Source: Wolbachia endosymbiont of Dirofilaria (Dirofilaria) immitis
GTDB taxonomy: Bacteria > Pseudomonadota > Alphaproteobacteria > Rickettsiales > Anaplasmataceae
Reading direction: 5' to 3'
Assembly: GCF_013365455.1 (NCBI RefSeq)
Contig: NZ_CP046578.1
Coordinates: 840,001-872,000 of the forward strand
Length of the DNA: 32,000 nt
The position numbers were made by a program, and so were the translations under genes. Under the pieces are notes generated by a model. It did no database searches and was not told where the DNA came from. It saw only the letters and a program-made list of their open reading frames with translations. Of the stretch, positions 1 to 10,566 are shown piece by piece (position 1 is the stretch's first letter; every line of letters starts with the position of its first letter).

Positions 1-1256
1 TAGTTAAGATTAGCTCTACTGACCAGAAGGTAATTCTACGAGCAAGTGGGTCAAGCATATTTTTTGACGGTTTCTACAAAGTTTATAAAGATAACGTAGA
101 TAGTGAAGGTGAAGTCCTTCTACCTACCATGAAAGAAGGTGAGGTATGCAAGCTAATTTCTATCAATTCAAAACAACACTTTACCCAGCCGCCATTACGT
201 TATAGCGAGGCAAGTATCATTAAAAAAATGGAGGAAATCGGCATAGGACGCCCATCAACCTATGCAATAATTATTTCAGTATTGCAGAATCGTGAGTATG
301 TTACACTAGACAATAAAAGATTCATTCCAAGCAGCCGTGGTAAGATCGTTACCATATTTTTAGAAACCTTCTTCCAACATTGTATAGAATATGATTTTAC
401 AGCACAAATGGAAGAGAAGCTTGATTTAATCTCGAATGGACGTACAGATTGGAAAAAAGAACTAAGCTACTTCTGGGTACCGTTTTTTAATCTTGTAAAC
501 TCTGTCAAGCAAATGACACATGAAGAAATTTTCAATGGCATCCACGACCTAGTAGTTGATTGGTTTTGTTCGGAGAAAGGAAAAAAAGAAATAGGTAGGA
601 AATGTTCTGGTTGCTCTAATGGTACATTGAAACTGAATTTTGGAAAAGCTGGGGTATTCCTTGGATGTTCTAACTATCCTATATGCAATTATACAAAAGA
701 AATTACTAGCAACAATTACAATTTAGAATACCCAAAAAGTTTAGGCATAGATAATATAACAGGGCAAGAAGTAGTGATTAAAAAAGGTCCTTTCGGGCTT
801 TATTTAGAATTTAATAGTGAATCAGAAAAGAAAAAAACGGGATTCATACCAAAAGATATGAATATTAATGATATTGATCTGATTACTGCGACACAGTTAC
901 TTTCCTTGCCAAAAATAATTGGAGAACATCCAAAAACTGGAAAGGAAATAAAAATGGGTCTTGGACGATTCGGGTACTATATTTTTTATGATGGTAAATA
1001 CTTCTCTCTTAAGAAGAGCTCCAAAGAAGTATTGGAAACACAGTTAAATGAAGCTGTGCAAATCATTGCAAACGGCTCACGAAAAGAGCTAAAATCTCTT
1101 GGATTTAATGACAAAGGAAAAGAAGTTTTCATTCGCAATGGCAAGTATGGATTTTACATAAAGAGTGGTAAAATAAAAGTCGCTTTGGGCAAAAACGCAG
1201 ATATTGAAGGTATAGACCTGAAGAAGGCCCTAGACCTAATTAAGAACAAAAAGTAA
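1..1256 (+). CDS. topA: DNA topoisomerase I, C-terminal portion (5' end lies outside the window; reading frame 3, first full codon at nt 3)
   Basis: Frame 3 is open from nt 3 (VKISSTDQKVILRASGSSIFFDGFYKVY...) and runs into the listed ORF. It has the TopA motifs FTQPPLRYSEASIIKKMEEIGIGRPSTYA and a C-terminal Cys4 zinc ribbon (CSGCSNGTL...CSNYPICNY). Stop at 1254-1256. Confidence 0.95.
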   Translation, partial: VKISSTDQKVILRASGSSIFFDGFYKVYKDNVDSEGEVLLPTMKEGEVCKLISINSKQHFTQPPLRYSEASIIKKMEEIGIGRPSTYAIIISVLQNREYVTLDNKRFIPSSRGKIVTIFLETFFQHCIEYDFTAQMEEKLDLISNGRTDWKKELSYFWVPFFNLVNSVKQMTHEEIFNGIHDLVVDWFCSEKGKKEIGRKCSGCSNGTLKLNFGKAGVFLGCSNYPICNYTKEITSNNYNLEYPKSLGIDNITGQEVVIKKGPFGLYLEFNSESEKKKTGFIPKDMNINDIDLITATQLLSLPKIIGEHPKTGKEIKMGLGRFGYYIFYDGKYFSLKKSSKEVLETQLNEAVQIIANGSRKELKSLGFNDKGKEVFIRNGKYGFYIKSGKIKVALGKNADIEGIDLKKALDLIKNKK

Positions 1257-2155
1257 ATATTTAAAGAATGTATGCGCTTATAGCTTTTTCATAAAAAACA
1301 CATTAAGATATCAAAATCTATAATTAGAAAAATAACCGTAAATTATTAACTGTACATAGAGATAAAATTACTTTAAATAGTATCAGAGGTTTTTATTTAC
1401 ATAAAATTTAAAAAAAGTATTCATAATAATAGAAATGGATTAATAGACTATGAACGTTAAGTAGGTAACATATTAAAAAAAGCGATTGAAAGAAACAATA
1501 ATTGTATTAAGAAAAGAAGAGTACTATTCCTTAATAGGAATACTAATATCAGAGCCTACTAAAAATAGTGTATGGCGATTAATTTAACTCAAAAGAATAT
1601 CTATGAATATCATGTAATGTCACAACAAACACAAGAAAAGATAAATAATGCAACATATCCTGTAATTAGAAAATCAACAAAAAAGTTTTATCTGGCTAGA
1701 GAAGTACCTAATAATACAAGATAAATTTAGGGATGTTCAATAAACATGGTAGATTGCTAGATAATGGCATCAACATTAATAGCAAAGGTAGCCAGAGTTC
1801 TCACACAGTGAGTAAGGTGCTGTTTCCTTGATAAAAAAAAGAACATAGTAAAATTTCTTTTTAAAGTAGTAGCCGAAATTTACATATAACAGCAAAATCT
1901 CTTTCTTTTGCTAAGAAAATAGAAATAAATAACCAGTTATAATTTAAAAACTTGCCAGCTCACTTTTCTAAGGCTACTCTACAACAGTTTTTTTAGTACT
2001 CTTTTCACTGTTTACGTAAGACGACGCAGCGTGAACTTAGTATATTCTAATATATTTGAAATGTCGTAGATAAAAAACATCCTACTTTTTACTAGTACAC
2101 TTAACCCTAATTTAAAATTCATCAAAAGATGATACAGGAAATAAAAAATATCCCC

Positions 2156-3004
2156 CTAACACAAAAACTTTTTTCTAATTCCAAAGCTTTCACAATCAGA
2201 GCAAATTACCTGACTACGTGAAACTGACTTTAGCCCGTTTGTTGAAACTTGATTTAGGCAGAATATACATTTTATTTTGTCACTTGGGACAAGCGAGTTA
2301 TTAACAGCAATCCTATTATCAAAAACAAAACATTCACCTTTCCAATTACCATTTTTATTATAGGTCTTTTCAAGGTAAGAAAGAATACCACCTCTAAGAT
2401 GATAAATATCATTAAATCCAAGTCCCCTCATATATGCTGTAGATTTTTCACATCTAATTCCACCTGTACAATACATAGCTATTTTTAGATCTTTATCCTT
2501 AGGAAAAGACTTCACCCACTGAGGAAATTCACGAAAATATTGAATATTTGGATTGATTGCATCTTTAAACTTACCTAATTTCACTTCATATCTATTTCGG
2601 ACATCTATCACTAAAACATCAGGTTGAGAGATAAAATCATCCCAACATTCTGGATCAACATACTTACCTTTAAGTGAAATATCAAGATTACTTACACCAA
2701 GGTTTACAATTTCCCTTTTTAATCTCACTTTCATTTTACTAAATGGTTGAAATTCCGCTGCACTTTCTTTCCACACAAGATCTTTTAGCCTATGATCAGA
2801 ATGTAGAAAATCAAATATTCTATCAATTGCATTTCTTTCACCAGAGATAGTTGCATTGATACCCTCTTCTGCAAGGAGTATGGTACCCTTTAATTTAACA
2901 TCATTACATTCAGCTTTTATTATATCTTTCATATCGTAGTAATTAGAGAGCTCTACAAAGTGATAGAAAGTTGCAACAACGAAGCTCATAACTATTAAAT
3001 CCAT
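2156..3004 (-). CDS. trhO: Rhodanese-domain protein of the UPF0176/YceA family (tRNA uridine-34 hydroxylase TrhO)
   Basis: Typical YceA N-terminus (VVATFYHFVEL...GTILLAEEGINATISG) and rhodanese active-site loop CTGGIRCEKSTAYM. The ORF track starts at TTG 3007; the first ATG is 3004 and another is at 2989. Confidence 0.88.
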   Translation of the reverse strand: MDLIVMSFVVATFYHFVELSNYYDMKDIIKAECNDVKLKGTILLAEEGINATISGERNAIDRIFDFLHSDHRLKDLVWKESAAEFQPFSKMKVRLKREIVNLGVSNLDISLKGKYVDPECWDDFISQPDVLVIDVRNRYEVKLGKFKDAINPNIQYFREFPQWVKSFPKDKDLKIAMYCTGGIRCEKSTAYMRGLGFNDIYHLRGGILSYLEKTYNKNGNWKGECFVFDNRIAVNNSLVPSDKIKCIFCLNQVSTNGLKSVSRSQVICSDCESFGIRKKFLC

Positions 3005-3111
3005 CAACTTAAAGCATAATATATAAAATTATAAAAGTATTCAACAGATCTTCTCTGGATATCTTTAGCTTTTACATATAACATTTTAATATTAAGCGTG
3101 GATCGAATTTA

Positions 3112-4710
3112 ATGCCTTTAAGAATATTTAAAAACATATTCTTATTTCTAGTAAGCATATTATTCATTTGTCCTATATTATCATTAGTATCAATTCTACT
3201 TACAGAATCAGCAAATTCAGGATGGGTTATAAGTACACTTTTCCCCGAATATATACTAAATACATTAATTTTAATGATAGGGATTGGAAGTTTATCTTTT
3301 ATATTTGGAGTAGTACCGGCCTGGCTAACCATGTTTTTTTCATTTCCCGGGAGTAGAGTTTTTGAAGTTGCCCTGTTTTTTCCAACATCAATTCCTGGAT
3401 ATATAGTATCTTTTGTCTATGCCAATGTACTAGAGTTTTCAGGTCCAATACAAAGTTTGCTAAGGGAAATTTTTCACTGGAACAAAGGTGATTATTGGTT
3501 TCCTGAGATCAAATCTTTAGGTGGTGGAATACTGGTGATGGGATTTAGTTTGTATCCATATGTTTACATACTAGTCCGCTCAAGTCTAAAAAATGTTAGC
3601 AACTCAGTTACTATTGCATCAACACTTGGAGTTTCCTCATTACGGAGCCTATTTTCTGTTATAATACCCTCTATAAGCCCATCAATTATAGCTGGACTAT
3701 CCTTAGTGCTTATGGAAGTAATCACAGACTTTGGTACACCACAGCTTCTTGCAATTGATACTTTCAGCACAGGAATATATCGCACTTGGTTTTTACTACA
3801 TGATAAATACTCAGCAACTATTTTAGCAATTGCAGAATTAACCTTCATTATAGAACTAACAATAATTGAAAAAATCCTAAAAAAAAAGAGAGTATCCTAT
3901 TCTGCAATCAACACTAATGCAGATTATCACAATAAGCGAAACATAAGTGGTACCTTACCATTGATCTTTGCTTATATCATATGTATATTGCCAATATTAA
4001 TAGGCTTCATCTTTCCAATTATTCCACTCATGTATTGGAGTACAGAAAAAGGTTTTTTCATACACGAGTCAAGGTTCTATAACATAATAGCAAATAGCTT
4101 TAGTTTATCATTTATTACTGCACTAATCTCAATTAGCATCGCAATAATAATTGGATATACAGCACGTAAAAATAAAATAATTAATAGTATTGCACGTCTC
4201 ATTTCTTTAGGCTACGCAATTCCAAACACAATTATTGCAATTAGTATAATAATATTCCTGAGCAAAATATCTTCTCTTGCTACTCAATATATTGAAGAAA
4301 TCAGTTTAGTAGGAACCATTGGCGCTTTAATTTACTCATATTTATTCCGTTTTTTTGCTATATCTTTTAGAGCAATAGAATCAGGACTTAAAAAAATGCC
4401 AAACGAAATTGAGTGGACTGCACACGCTATGGGTCATGGACCTATCTCTACATGTTTGAGTATCCATATTCCTCTCATTAAAAAGAGCATAATATCAGGA
4501 TTTTTACTCGTATTCATGGACACTATTAAAGAGCTCACAGCAACACTTATTATAAGACCATTTAATTTTGAGACCATATCAACTAGAATATTTGAGCTCA
4601 TAAGTGATGAGCGTTACAAAGAAGCTGCCCCATTTTCCTTGATGATAGTTATAATCTGTTTAACCTCTACAATGATTTTATTCAAGCTTGACGATGAAAA
4701 CAAAAAATAA
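3112..4710 (+). CDS. Two-domain ABC transporter permease, Fe(3+)/thiamine-type (FbpB-like)
   Basis: 532 aa and highly hydrophobic. It has two internally repeated permease halves, each with an EAA-like loop (ASTLGVSSLRSLFSVIIPSISP and AHAMGHGPISTCLSIHIPLIKKSI). The size and architecture match iron(III) ABC permeases. Confidence 0.8.
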   Translation: MPLRIFKNIFLFLVSILFICPILSLVSILLTESANSGWVISTLFPEYILNTLILMIGIGSLSFIFGVVPAWLTMFFSFPGSRVFEVALFFPTSIPGYIVSFVYANVLEFSGPIQSLLREIFHWNKGDYWFPEIKSLGGGILVMGFSLYPYVYILVRSSLKNVSNSVTIASTLGVSSLRSLFSVIIPSISPSIIAGLSLVLMEVITDFGTPQLLAIDTFSTGIYRTWFLLHDKYSATILAIAELTFIIELTIIEKILKKKRVSYSAINTNADYHNKRNISGTLPLIFAYIICILPILIGFIFPIIPLMYWSTEKGFFIHESRFYNIIANSFSLSFITALISISIAIIIGYTARKNKIINSIARLISLGYAIPNTIIAISIIIFLSKISSLATQYIEEISLVGTIGALIYSYLFRFFAISFRAIESGLKKMPNEIEWTAHAMGHGPISTCLSIHIPLIKKSIISGFLLVFMDTIKELTATLIIRPFNFETISTRIFELISDERYKEAAPFSLMIVIICLTSTMILFKLDDENKK

Positions 4711-4733
4711 ACCCTCCTATAAAAATTGATGGC

Positions 4734-5138
4734 TTAATGTGGCCTAGCATTTGTATATGGGCTATCCAAAGAAAAAGGTGGTATCATAACCTCAAAAGTT
4801 TTCGCGCTTCCTTCATTTAGAAACTCATACTTACCTTGCATTATTCCAGATGGTGCATTCAAGTACGTTCCGCTTGTGTACTTAAATACTTCTCCAGGTC
4901 TTATCACAGGTTGCTCCCCAATAACACCAACACCTGCAACTTCATTTACCTTTCCTTTATAATCTATTATTCGCCAATGGCGGCTCAGTAATTGAACAGC
5001 TGATGAGCCTTTATTTTTTATCCTAACATTATACACCCAGACATAGCAATTCTCATAAGGGATAGATTGTTCCTCAATATAAACTGGCAGAACTGTCACT
5101 TCAACAGAGTTAGTAGTAAGTGTATATTCTAGAGTCAT
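4734..5138 (-). CDS. apaG: ApaG (DUF525) protein
   Basis: Collinear with E. coli ApaG: [10 protein letters not shown]...[59 protein letters not shown]...MQGKYEF. The ORF track starts at GTG 5144; the first ATG is 5138. Confidence 0.9.
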   Translation of the reverse strand: MTLEYTLTTNSVEVTVLPVYIEEQSIPYENCYVWVYNVRIKNKGSSAVQLLSRHWRIIDYKGKVNEVAGVGVIGEQPVIRPGEVFKYTSGTYLNAPSGIMQGKYEFLNEGSAKTFEVMIPPFSLDSPYTNARPH

Positions 5139-5253
5139 TATCACAATAAGGAAAACAACACTTTATATTTGTACATTATTCTCATGGACTTTTCAAGTAC
5201 ATTGTCATATTCTAATTCAGCTGCAATAATACGAACAGACACTTGGTAAAAGG

Positions 5254-6300
5254 ATGATAGGAATAATAGGCAGTGGACAGTTAGGCAAAATGATTGCTAT
5301 CGCTGCAACAAAGCTTGGACAAAAAACACATATCTTTGCCAACGCTAAGGATGATCCAGCTTGCTCTGTTGCTAATAATTTAACAATAGCAGGTTTGTCT
5401 GACAAAAAGGCACTTGAATCTTTTGCACGGAACATAGACTTAGCCACTATTGAATCTGAAAATATTCCATGTGATGCAGTTGATGTTATATCACAACATG
5501 TGAACTTCTATCCTAGTAAAAAAGCACTATATATTTCACAAAACAGACTTAGGGAGAAAGATTTTATTAGAGGTCTAGGTATAAAAACTGCTGGTTATAA
5601 AAGCATACAAAATTATGATGAGCTGTTAGAAAGTAGTAGAACTCTTAACTATCCAACAAGACTGAAAACAACAGAAATGGGTTACGACGGAAAAGGACAA
5701 TATGTGATCAGGAACGATTCTGAAGCAAGACAACTCGCTTCTTTTAATTGGAATACACAGTACATTCTCGAAGCAAGTATTGACTTAATGAAAGAGGTTT
5801 CAATAGTTGTTGCAAGAGATAGAAACGGTAAAGTAGCTTTTTTCCCTATAGCAGAAAACCATCATGTTAATGGAATACTTGACACTTCAGTTGTGCCAGC
5901 TAAAATAGACAACGAGTTAACTCAAGAGATACACCAAGTTACAAGGAAAGTAGCAGGTGCGCTTAACATAATAGGAATTCTAGCCATTGAATTTTTCATT
6001 ACTAAAAACAATGAGCTGCTAATTAACGAACTCGCTCCAAGGCCTCACAACTCTTGCCACTGGAGTTTAGATGCATGTAACATTAGTCAGTTTGAGCAGC
6101 TAATCAGAGTAATATGCGGATTACCTATGCAAGAAATAGTATTACGCTTTCCTTGCATGACAAAAAACATAATAGGTCATAATATATATGATTTTAATAG
6201 GTATTTAACTGACAAAAAAGCTAGCCTAACAATATATGGGAAAAAAGAGGTTAGAGATAAGCGCAAAATGGGACATGTTAATATAGATTTAAGTTATTAA
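5254..6300 (+). CDS. purK: 5-(carboxyamino)imidazole ribonucleotide synthase (N5-CAIR synthase, ATP-grasp)
   Basis: MIGIIGSGQLGKM N-terminus, ATP-grasp core (GYDGKGQ, ELAPRPHNS) and a length of 348 aa are all typical of PurK. Confidence 0.92.
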   Translation: MIGIIGSGQLGKMIAIAATKLGQKTHIFANAKDDPACSVANNLTIAGLSDKKALESFARNIDLATIESENIPCDAVDVISQHVNFYPSKKALYISQNRLREKDFIRGLGIKTAGYKSIQNYDELLESSRTLNYPTRLKTTEMGYDGKGQYVIRNDSEARQLASFNWNTQYILEASIDLMKEVSIVVARDRNGKVAFFPIAENHHVNGILDTSVVPAKIDNELTQEIHQVTRKVAGALNIIGILAIEFFITKNNELLINELAPRPHNSCHWSLDACNISQFEQLIRVICGLPMQEIVLRFPCMTKNIIGHNIYDFNRYLTDKKASLTIYGKKEVRDKRKMGHVNIDLSY

Positions 6301-6315
6301 TCTACAAGTACCCCC

Positions 6316-7344
6316 TTACAAGTATCCCCTAGTTAAAATCTCTAGAATCTGCACTATATTTAGTGCTGCACCTTTACGCAAGTTATCAGCTACTATCCAC
6401 ATATTTAACCCATACTTGACTGTATTGTCTTGCCTAATACGTGATATATATACTGCATCTTCCTGTACAACGTCGATTTGAGTTATATATTTGCCATCTT
6501 CACGCCTATCATACACTAAAATTCCATTACCCTCAGCCTTACTCAGTATTTCACGAGCTTGCTCCTCAGTAATGTACCTACAAAACTCAACATTTACTGC
6601 TATAGCATGACCAATAAAAACAGGCACCCTAACACAAGTTGCAGTTACTTTTATATCCTCTCCTAAAATTTTTTTTGTCTCCTCCTGCATTTTCCACTCC
6701 TCTTTCGTAGAGCCATTTTTCATAAACTCTCCTATATGAGGAATACAATTAAATGCTATTTGCTTAGGGAATATCTCAGGTTTTTTAGTTTCATTCATGA
6801 AGACTTTCTTTGTCTGGTTGTAAAGTTCATCCATTGCTGCCTTGCCTGCACCAGAAGTTGATTGATAAGTTGAAGCAATAATCCTCTTTATTTTCGCTTT
6901 TTGGTGTAACAGATGCAGTACTAGTAGCATCTGTATTACAGTACAATTTGGATTGCATATTATGTTGTGATTCCTATATTCTATGATTTTTTCCTTATTA
7001 ACCTCTGGAATAATTAGTGGCACGCCCCCTTCCATTCTAAAATGTGAGCTATTGTCTATTACGATACACCCTGCCTTTGTTGCAACTGGTACGTACCTTT
7101 TAGAAACATAACATCCAGCGCAAAAAATAGCTATATTAACCCCAACAAAGTCATAGCCCTCAAGACACAAAACAATTAATTCTTTATCATAAAAACTTAC
7201 CTTTTTTCCTTCTGATTTTTTAGATGCAAACGCAACAACAAAATCTATCGAAATTTTTTTTTCGCCATGAAATTCAGCTAGTATCTTTAGTACTTCACGC
7301 CCTACTCTTCCGGTTGCTCCAATAACAGCAATCTTATGTCCCAT
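6316..7344 (-). CDS. asd: Aspartate-semialdehyde dehydrogenase
   Basis: VIGATGRVGREVLKIL Rossmann N-terminus, active-site region NPNCTVIQM, and STYQSTSGAGKAAMDEL. Length is 342 aa. Confidence 0.95.
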   Translation of the reverse strand: MGHKIAVIGATGRVGREVLKILAEFHGEKKISIDFVVAFASKKSEGKKVSFYDKELIVLCLEGYDFVGVNIAIFCAGCYVSKRYVPVATKAGCIVIDNSSHFRMEGGVPLIIPEVNKEKIIEYRNHNIICNPNCTVIQMLLVLHLLHQKAKIKRIIASTYQSTSGAGKAAMDELYNQTKKVFMNETKKPEIFPKQIAFNCIPHIGEFMKNGSTKEEWKMQEETKKILGEDIKVTATCVRVPVFIGHAIAVNVEFCRYITEEQAREILSKAEGNGILVYDRREDGKYITQIDVVQEDAVYISRIRQDNTVKYGLNMWIVADNLRKGAALNIVQILEILTRGYL

Positions 7345-7484
7345 GCAGATAAATTTCTAACTTTGAATGCATATTATATTCCCACTGATAAAATTTACAA
7401 TTATTTTAATATTTTTACCTTGAAATTAATTGTAATTCAGTTATTATTACATAATATTGACAATATTGCATAACAAAGCAAGAG

Positions 7485-7910
7485 ATGAATAAAGAAAATA
7501 ATGAAATTGTAAAGCCCACATCATCTACCCCTCAAGAAACTGAGAAAATCAATGAACCAAGAGTTCAAAATGTTCTTTCACAAAAAAAATATAAGATAAA
7601 TTTTGATGATAGAAAGTATGCTGTAAAAATTATTAAAACACAATTTACAAAAATAGAACAGCAGCCTTTAAAACCAAAAGGCTTTTTAAAATCAATACCA
7701 GTAATAGGAAAGCTCTTAGCAAAAATTTTCACATCTGAAGGGGAGACATACAAACTAAGATTGCAAACAGACCACTTCAGTAAAGCAAAAAACGAGACTT
7801 GCATAAACAATAAATACACAGAAGGAGTAGGTAGTAAGCTTAAGAAAAGCAATGTTGAACAAGTAGATAAAGAAGAGAAAAACATAAATATCGACCATTT
7901 AAAGTTTTAG
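7485..7910 (+). CDS. Hypothetical Lys/Glu/Asn-rich protein, 141 aa, no recognisable domain
   Basis: ATG-initiated ORF on the purine-rich strand. No TM segment or signal peptide. The opposite-strand ORF 7565..7885 looks like its shadow. I recognised no homology. Confidence 0.4.
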   Translation: MNKENNEIVKPTSSTPQETEKINEPRVQNVLSQKKYKINFDDRKYAVKIIKTQFTKIEQQPLKPKGFLKSIPVIGKLLAKIFTSEGETYKLRLQTDHFSKAKNETCINNKYTEGVGSKLKKSNVEQVDKEEKNINIDHLKF

Positions 7911-7918
7911 CTATCGAA

Positions 7919-9193
7919 TTATGAAGAAACTTTACGATACCAAAACAAGTAAAGAGGTGTACCGCTTACAGTAAATAAGCTTGAGATTAGCAAGGTATTA
8001 ATAGGAGTTTCACATATTATCCAGCAGCAAAAGGTTGTTGCTATAACACCAACTAAAAGCTTGCAATAATTCCTTTCTTCTATAATAACCTTTAAAAAAG
8101 CAAGGCTGCACGTAAGGTAAATAAGTAAAAAGGAAATTACAGAAAAATCAATAATTGATGTAATTTGCTTAGCAAAATTATTACTTGAAGTGAGAATTAA
8201 CAAAATTGCAGTTCCAATTGAGCTTGTTACTATTCCCAAAAAAGGAGAACCATGCTTATTTCTTTTCGCAAAGAATTGTGGCATAAGTTTATCTTCCGCA
8301 AGACCAAAAGCAACTTGTCCACTAGATAAAACCCATGAGTTTAAACTGCCAACACAGAAGATAAATGCAATTATAGAAATAATCAAATGCCAACTACCAG
8401 AAAACATAACCCTTATCGCATCAACATATGGTGCTTTTGAATTCGCCAAATCGTTGCCATTAATTAGTCCCATAATTGTAAAACTATTAATAAAATATAT
8501 AATAGCAACACAGATTGTACCAAGTACTACAGCTTTTGGTATAGTTTTAGCTGGATCATTTATTGACCCTGCAGGTGCTGTTGCCAATTCAACTCCAACA
8601 AAACACCATACAGTCAGGAGTGTAGAACGTGCAAGAATTTGTGATATTGTAAGATTTGAGATTTTTTCACTTATAATAAAGTTGTTTCTATCAAAAAAAC
8701 ACAATGCCACCATAGGTATTGCAAGTAACACAGAAACTTTTATAACTGTGAGTAGGAGCTCAACACGTCCAGCAGCAGCTATTTCTCTTAAATTTATTAA
8801 CGTAATAACTGTAAGCAATAGTAACCCTAAAAGTAACCGCACACTTTGAACGTCTTCATAAAAAAATGGCGTAAGATAACCAACACCTACAATTACTAGA
8901 GCTGTTGTACTAACCCAGGAAATTACCCAATAAGTCCAACCAACAAAAAAGGCCACTGTAGAACCAAAAGCATATTTTGTATAAATATGAGGGCCTCCGG
9001 TTTCTGGAAACTTTGCACATAGTGTAGCGAACACTAAAGAAAGAGACACAGCACCAGTCCCTGATATTATCCAACTTATTAGGCTATAAATACCATATGG
9101 TGCAATGCTAACTGGAAGCATAAAAATCCCAGAGCCAATCTGGCTACTGATAACTAAAGCAAAAACTGTTAAGAAACCTATTTTATTTGACAC
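7919..9193 (-). CDS. APC-superfamily permease, basic amino acid/polyamine antiporter (APA, PotE/AdiC-like) family, paralog 1
   Basis: 424 aa with about 12 hydrophobic segments and the TM1 motif SSQIGSGIFMLP typical of APA antiporters. Starts at GTG 9193; there is no in-frame ATG near the N-terminus. Confidence 0.9.
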   Translation of the reverse strand: MSNKIGFLTVFALVISSQIGSGIFMLPVSIAPYGIYSLISWIISGTGAVSLSLVFATLCAKFPETGGPHIYTKYAFGSTVAFFVGWTYWVISWVSTTALVIVGVGYLTPFFYEDVQSVRLLLGLLLLTVITLINLREIAAAGRVELLLTVIKVSVLLAIPMVALCFFDRNNFIISEKISNLTISQILARSTLLTVWCFVGVELATAPAGSINDPAKTIPKAVVLGTICVAIIYFINSFTIMGLINGNDLANSKAPYVDAIRVMFSGSWHLIISIIAFIFCVGSLNSWVLSSGQVAFGLAEDKLMPQFFAKRNKHGSPFLGIVTSSIGTAILLILTSSNNFAKQITSIIDFSVISFLLIYLTCSLAFLKVIIEERNYCKLLVGVIATTFCCWIICETPINTLLISSLFTVSGTPLYLFWYRKVSS

Positions 9194-9291
9194 AATACCC
9201 CTGATCTATTAACATAGGCTAGCAGTATAACTTAACCACAAGAACCTTAACAAAGAAAAAATTATGTTTTTAAGTTAAGCTTTTAGAAAGG

Positions 9292-10566
9292 TCACCTTAT
9301 AGATTTGCGGTACCAAAGCAGATAAATAGGTGTTACGCTCAGGGGAAAGAGACTTGACATCAATAATGTCCTGATAGGAATCTCATATATTATCCAGCAA
9401 CAAAAAAGTATAGCCACGCCTCCAATCAGTAACTTGCAATATATCTTTTCTTGCATAGCAATCTTAAGAAAGGCAAAACTAGATACTAAGTAGATAAATA
9501 AGAATGAAACCACAGAGACATCAATTATTAAAGTTACTTGCTCAACAAAATTTTTGTTTGACGTTAGAACAAGCAAAACTATTACTCCTAAAGTACTTAG
9601 CATTATTCCATAAAAAGGAGCATCGTACTTATTTCTTCTAGTAAAAAGCCTTGGCATTAACTTGTCCTCTGCAAGACCTAAAGCAATTTGTCCATCAGCC
9701 AAGAACCAAGTATTTAAGTTACTTACAGAAACAATAAAAGCAACAACAGAAACGATTACATGCCAATTACCTTGAAACATAATTTTCACTGCATCAGCAT
9801 ATGGTGCCCTTGAATCAGCTAGGTCATTACCGCTTATTAATCCCATAATTGCAAAATTGTTAATAAAATATATAACAGCAACACAGATTGTACCAAGTAC
9901 TATGGCTCTTGGTATTGTCTTACCTGGATTATTAACAGATCCTGCAGATGCTGTTACTGATTCAAGTCCAACGAAACACCATAGAGCAAGAAGTGTAGAG
10001 TGAGCAAGAATCTGCGATGTTGTAAAGCTTGACAGTTCCTCACTTATAATAAAGTTATTTCTATCAAAAAAAAACAAAGCCGCCATAGGTATTGTAAGTA
10101 GTGCAATTATTTTAATAATAGTTAATAGAAGTTCAACACGTCCAGCAGTAGTCACCCCTCTTAAATTTATTAGCATAATAGCTAAAATCAATACCACTTC
10201 TAAAAGCAAACGTATATTTTGCATATCACTATAAAAAAGAGGAGCTAGATAACCAATACTTGCAATTGTTACAGCTGTTGAACTAACCCACGAGCTTATC
10301 CAATAAGTCCAACCAATAAAGAAAGCCACTGTAGAGCCAAAGGCATATTTTACGTAAACGTGAGGACCTCCAGTTTTTGGAAACTTTGCACAGAGAAAAG
10401 CAAAAACTAAAGCAAAAAATATAGCACCAAGCCCCGATATCATCCAGCTCATAGGACTATATATGCCATATGGAGCAAGACTAATTGGAAGCATGAAAAT
10501 TCCAGAGCCAATTTGACTACTAATAACTAAGGCAAAAACAGTCAAAAACCCTATTTTATCTGACAC
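9292..10566 (-). CDS. APC-superfamily permease, APA (PotE/AdiC-like) family, paralog 2
   Basis: Aligns without gaps to paralog 1 along its whole length. GTG at 10566 (VSDKIGFL) is homologous to the GTG start of paralog 1. The ORF track extends to TTG 10587. Confidence 0.88.
   Translation of the reverse strand: MSDKIGFLTVFALVISSQIGSGIFMLPISLAPYGIYSPMSWMISGLGAIFFALVFAFLCAKFPKTGGPHVYVKYAFGSTVAFFIGWTYWISSWVSSTAVTIASIGYLAPLFYSDMQNIRLLLEVVLILAIMLINLRGVTTAGRVELLLTIIKIIALLTIPMAALFFFDRNNFIISEELSSFTTSQILAHSTLLALWCFVGLESVTASAGSVNNPGKTIPRAIVLGTICVAVIYFINNFAIMGLISGNDLADSRAPYADAVKIMFQGNWHVIVSVVAFIVSVSNLNTWFLADGQIALGLAEDKLMPRLFTRRNKYDAPFYGIMLSTLGVIVLLVLTSNKNFVEQVTLIIDVSVVSFLFIYLVSSFAFLKIAMQEKIYCKLLIGGVAILFCCWIIYEIPIRTLLMSSLFPLSVTPIYLLWYRKSIR

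Noticed and set aside
1790-1835. An SRP/4.5S-RNA-like string (GGTGCTGTTTCC) sits next to a small hairpin CTCAC-ACA-GTGAG.
   Set aside because: There is no GNRA tetraloop and no conserved helix-8 motifs (GGAA ... AGCAGCC). The hairpin has only 5 bp with a 3-nt loop, so this is probably a chance resemblance.
3072-3848. ORFs 3072..3332(-), 3168..3356(+) and 3564..3848(-) overlap the ABC permease gene.
   Set aside because: They lie inside or antisense to a well-supported 532-aa permease CDS and have no motifs or start context. They are typical shadow ORFs.
8190-8849. A 219-aa plus-strand ORF lies antisense to permease paralog 1.
   Set aside because: It is entirely antisense to a strongly supported APC permease with a collinear paralog. 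Its long open frame reflects the biased codon composition of the membrane protein gene. Similar shadows were rejected at 5217..5447, 7565..7885, 11565..11765, 13360..13566, 13782..13985, 14129..14362, 15631..15828, 15946..16179, 16603..16842, 20510..20713, 24501..24828 and 28114..29098.
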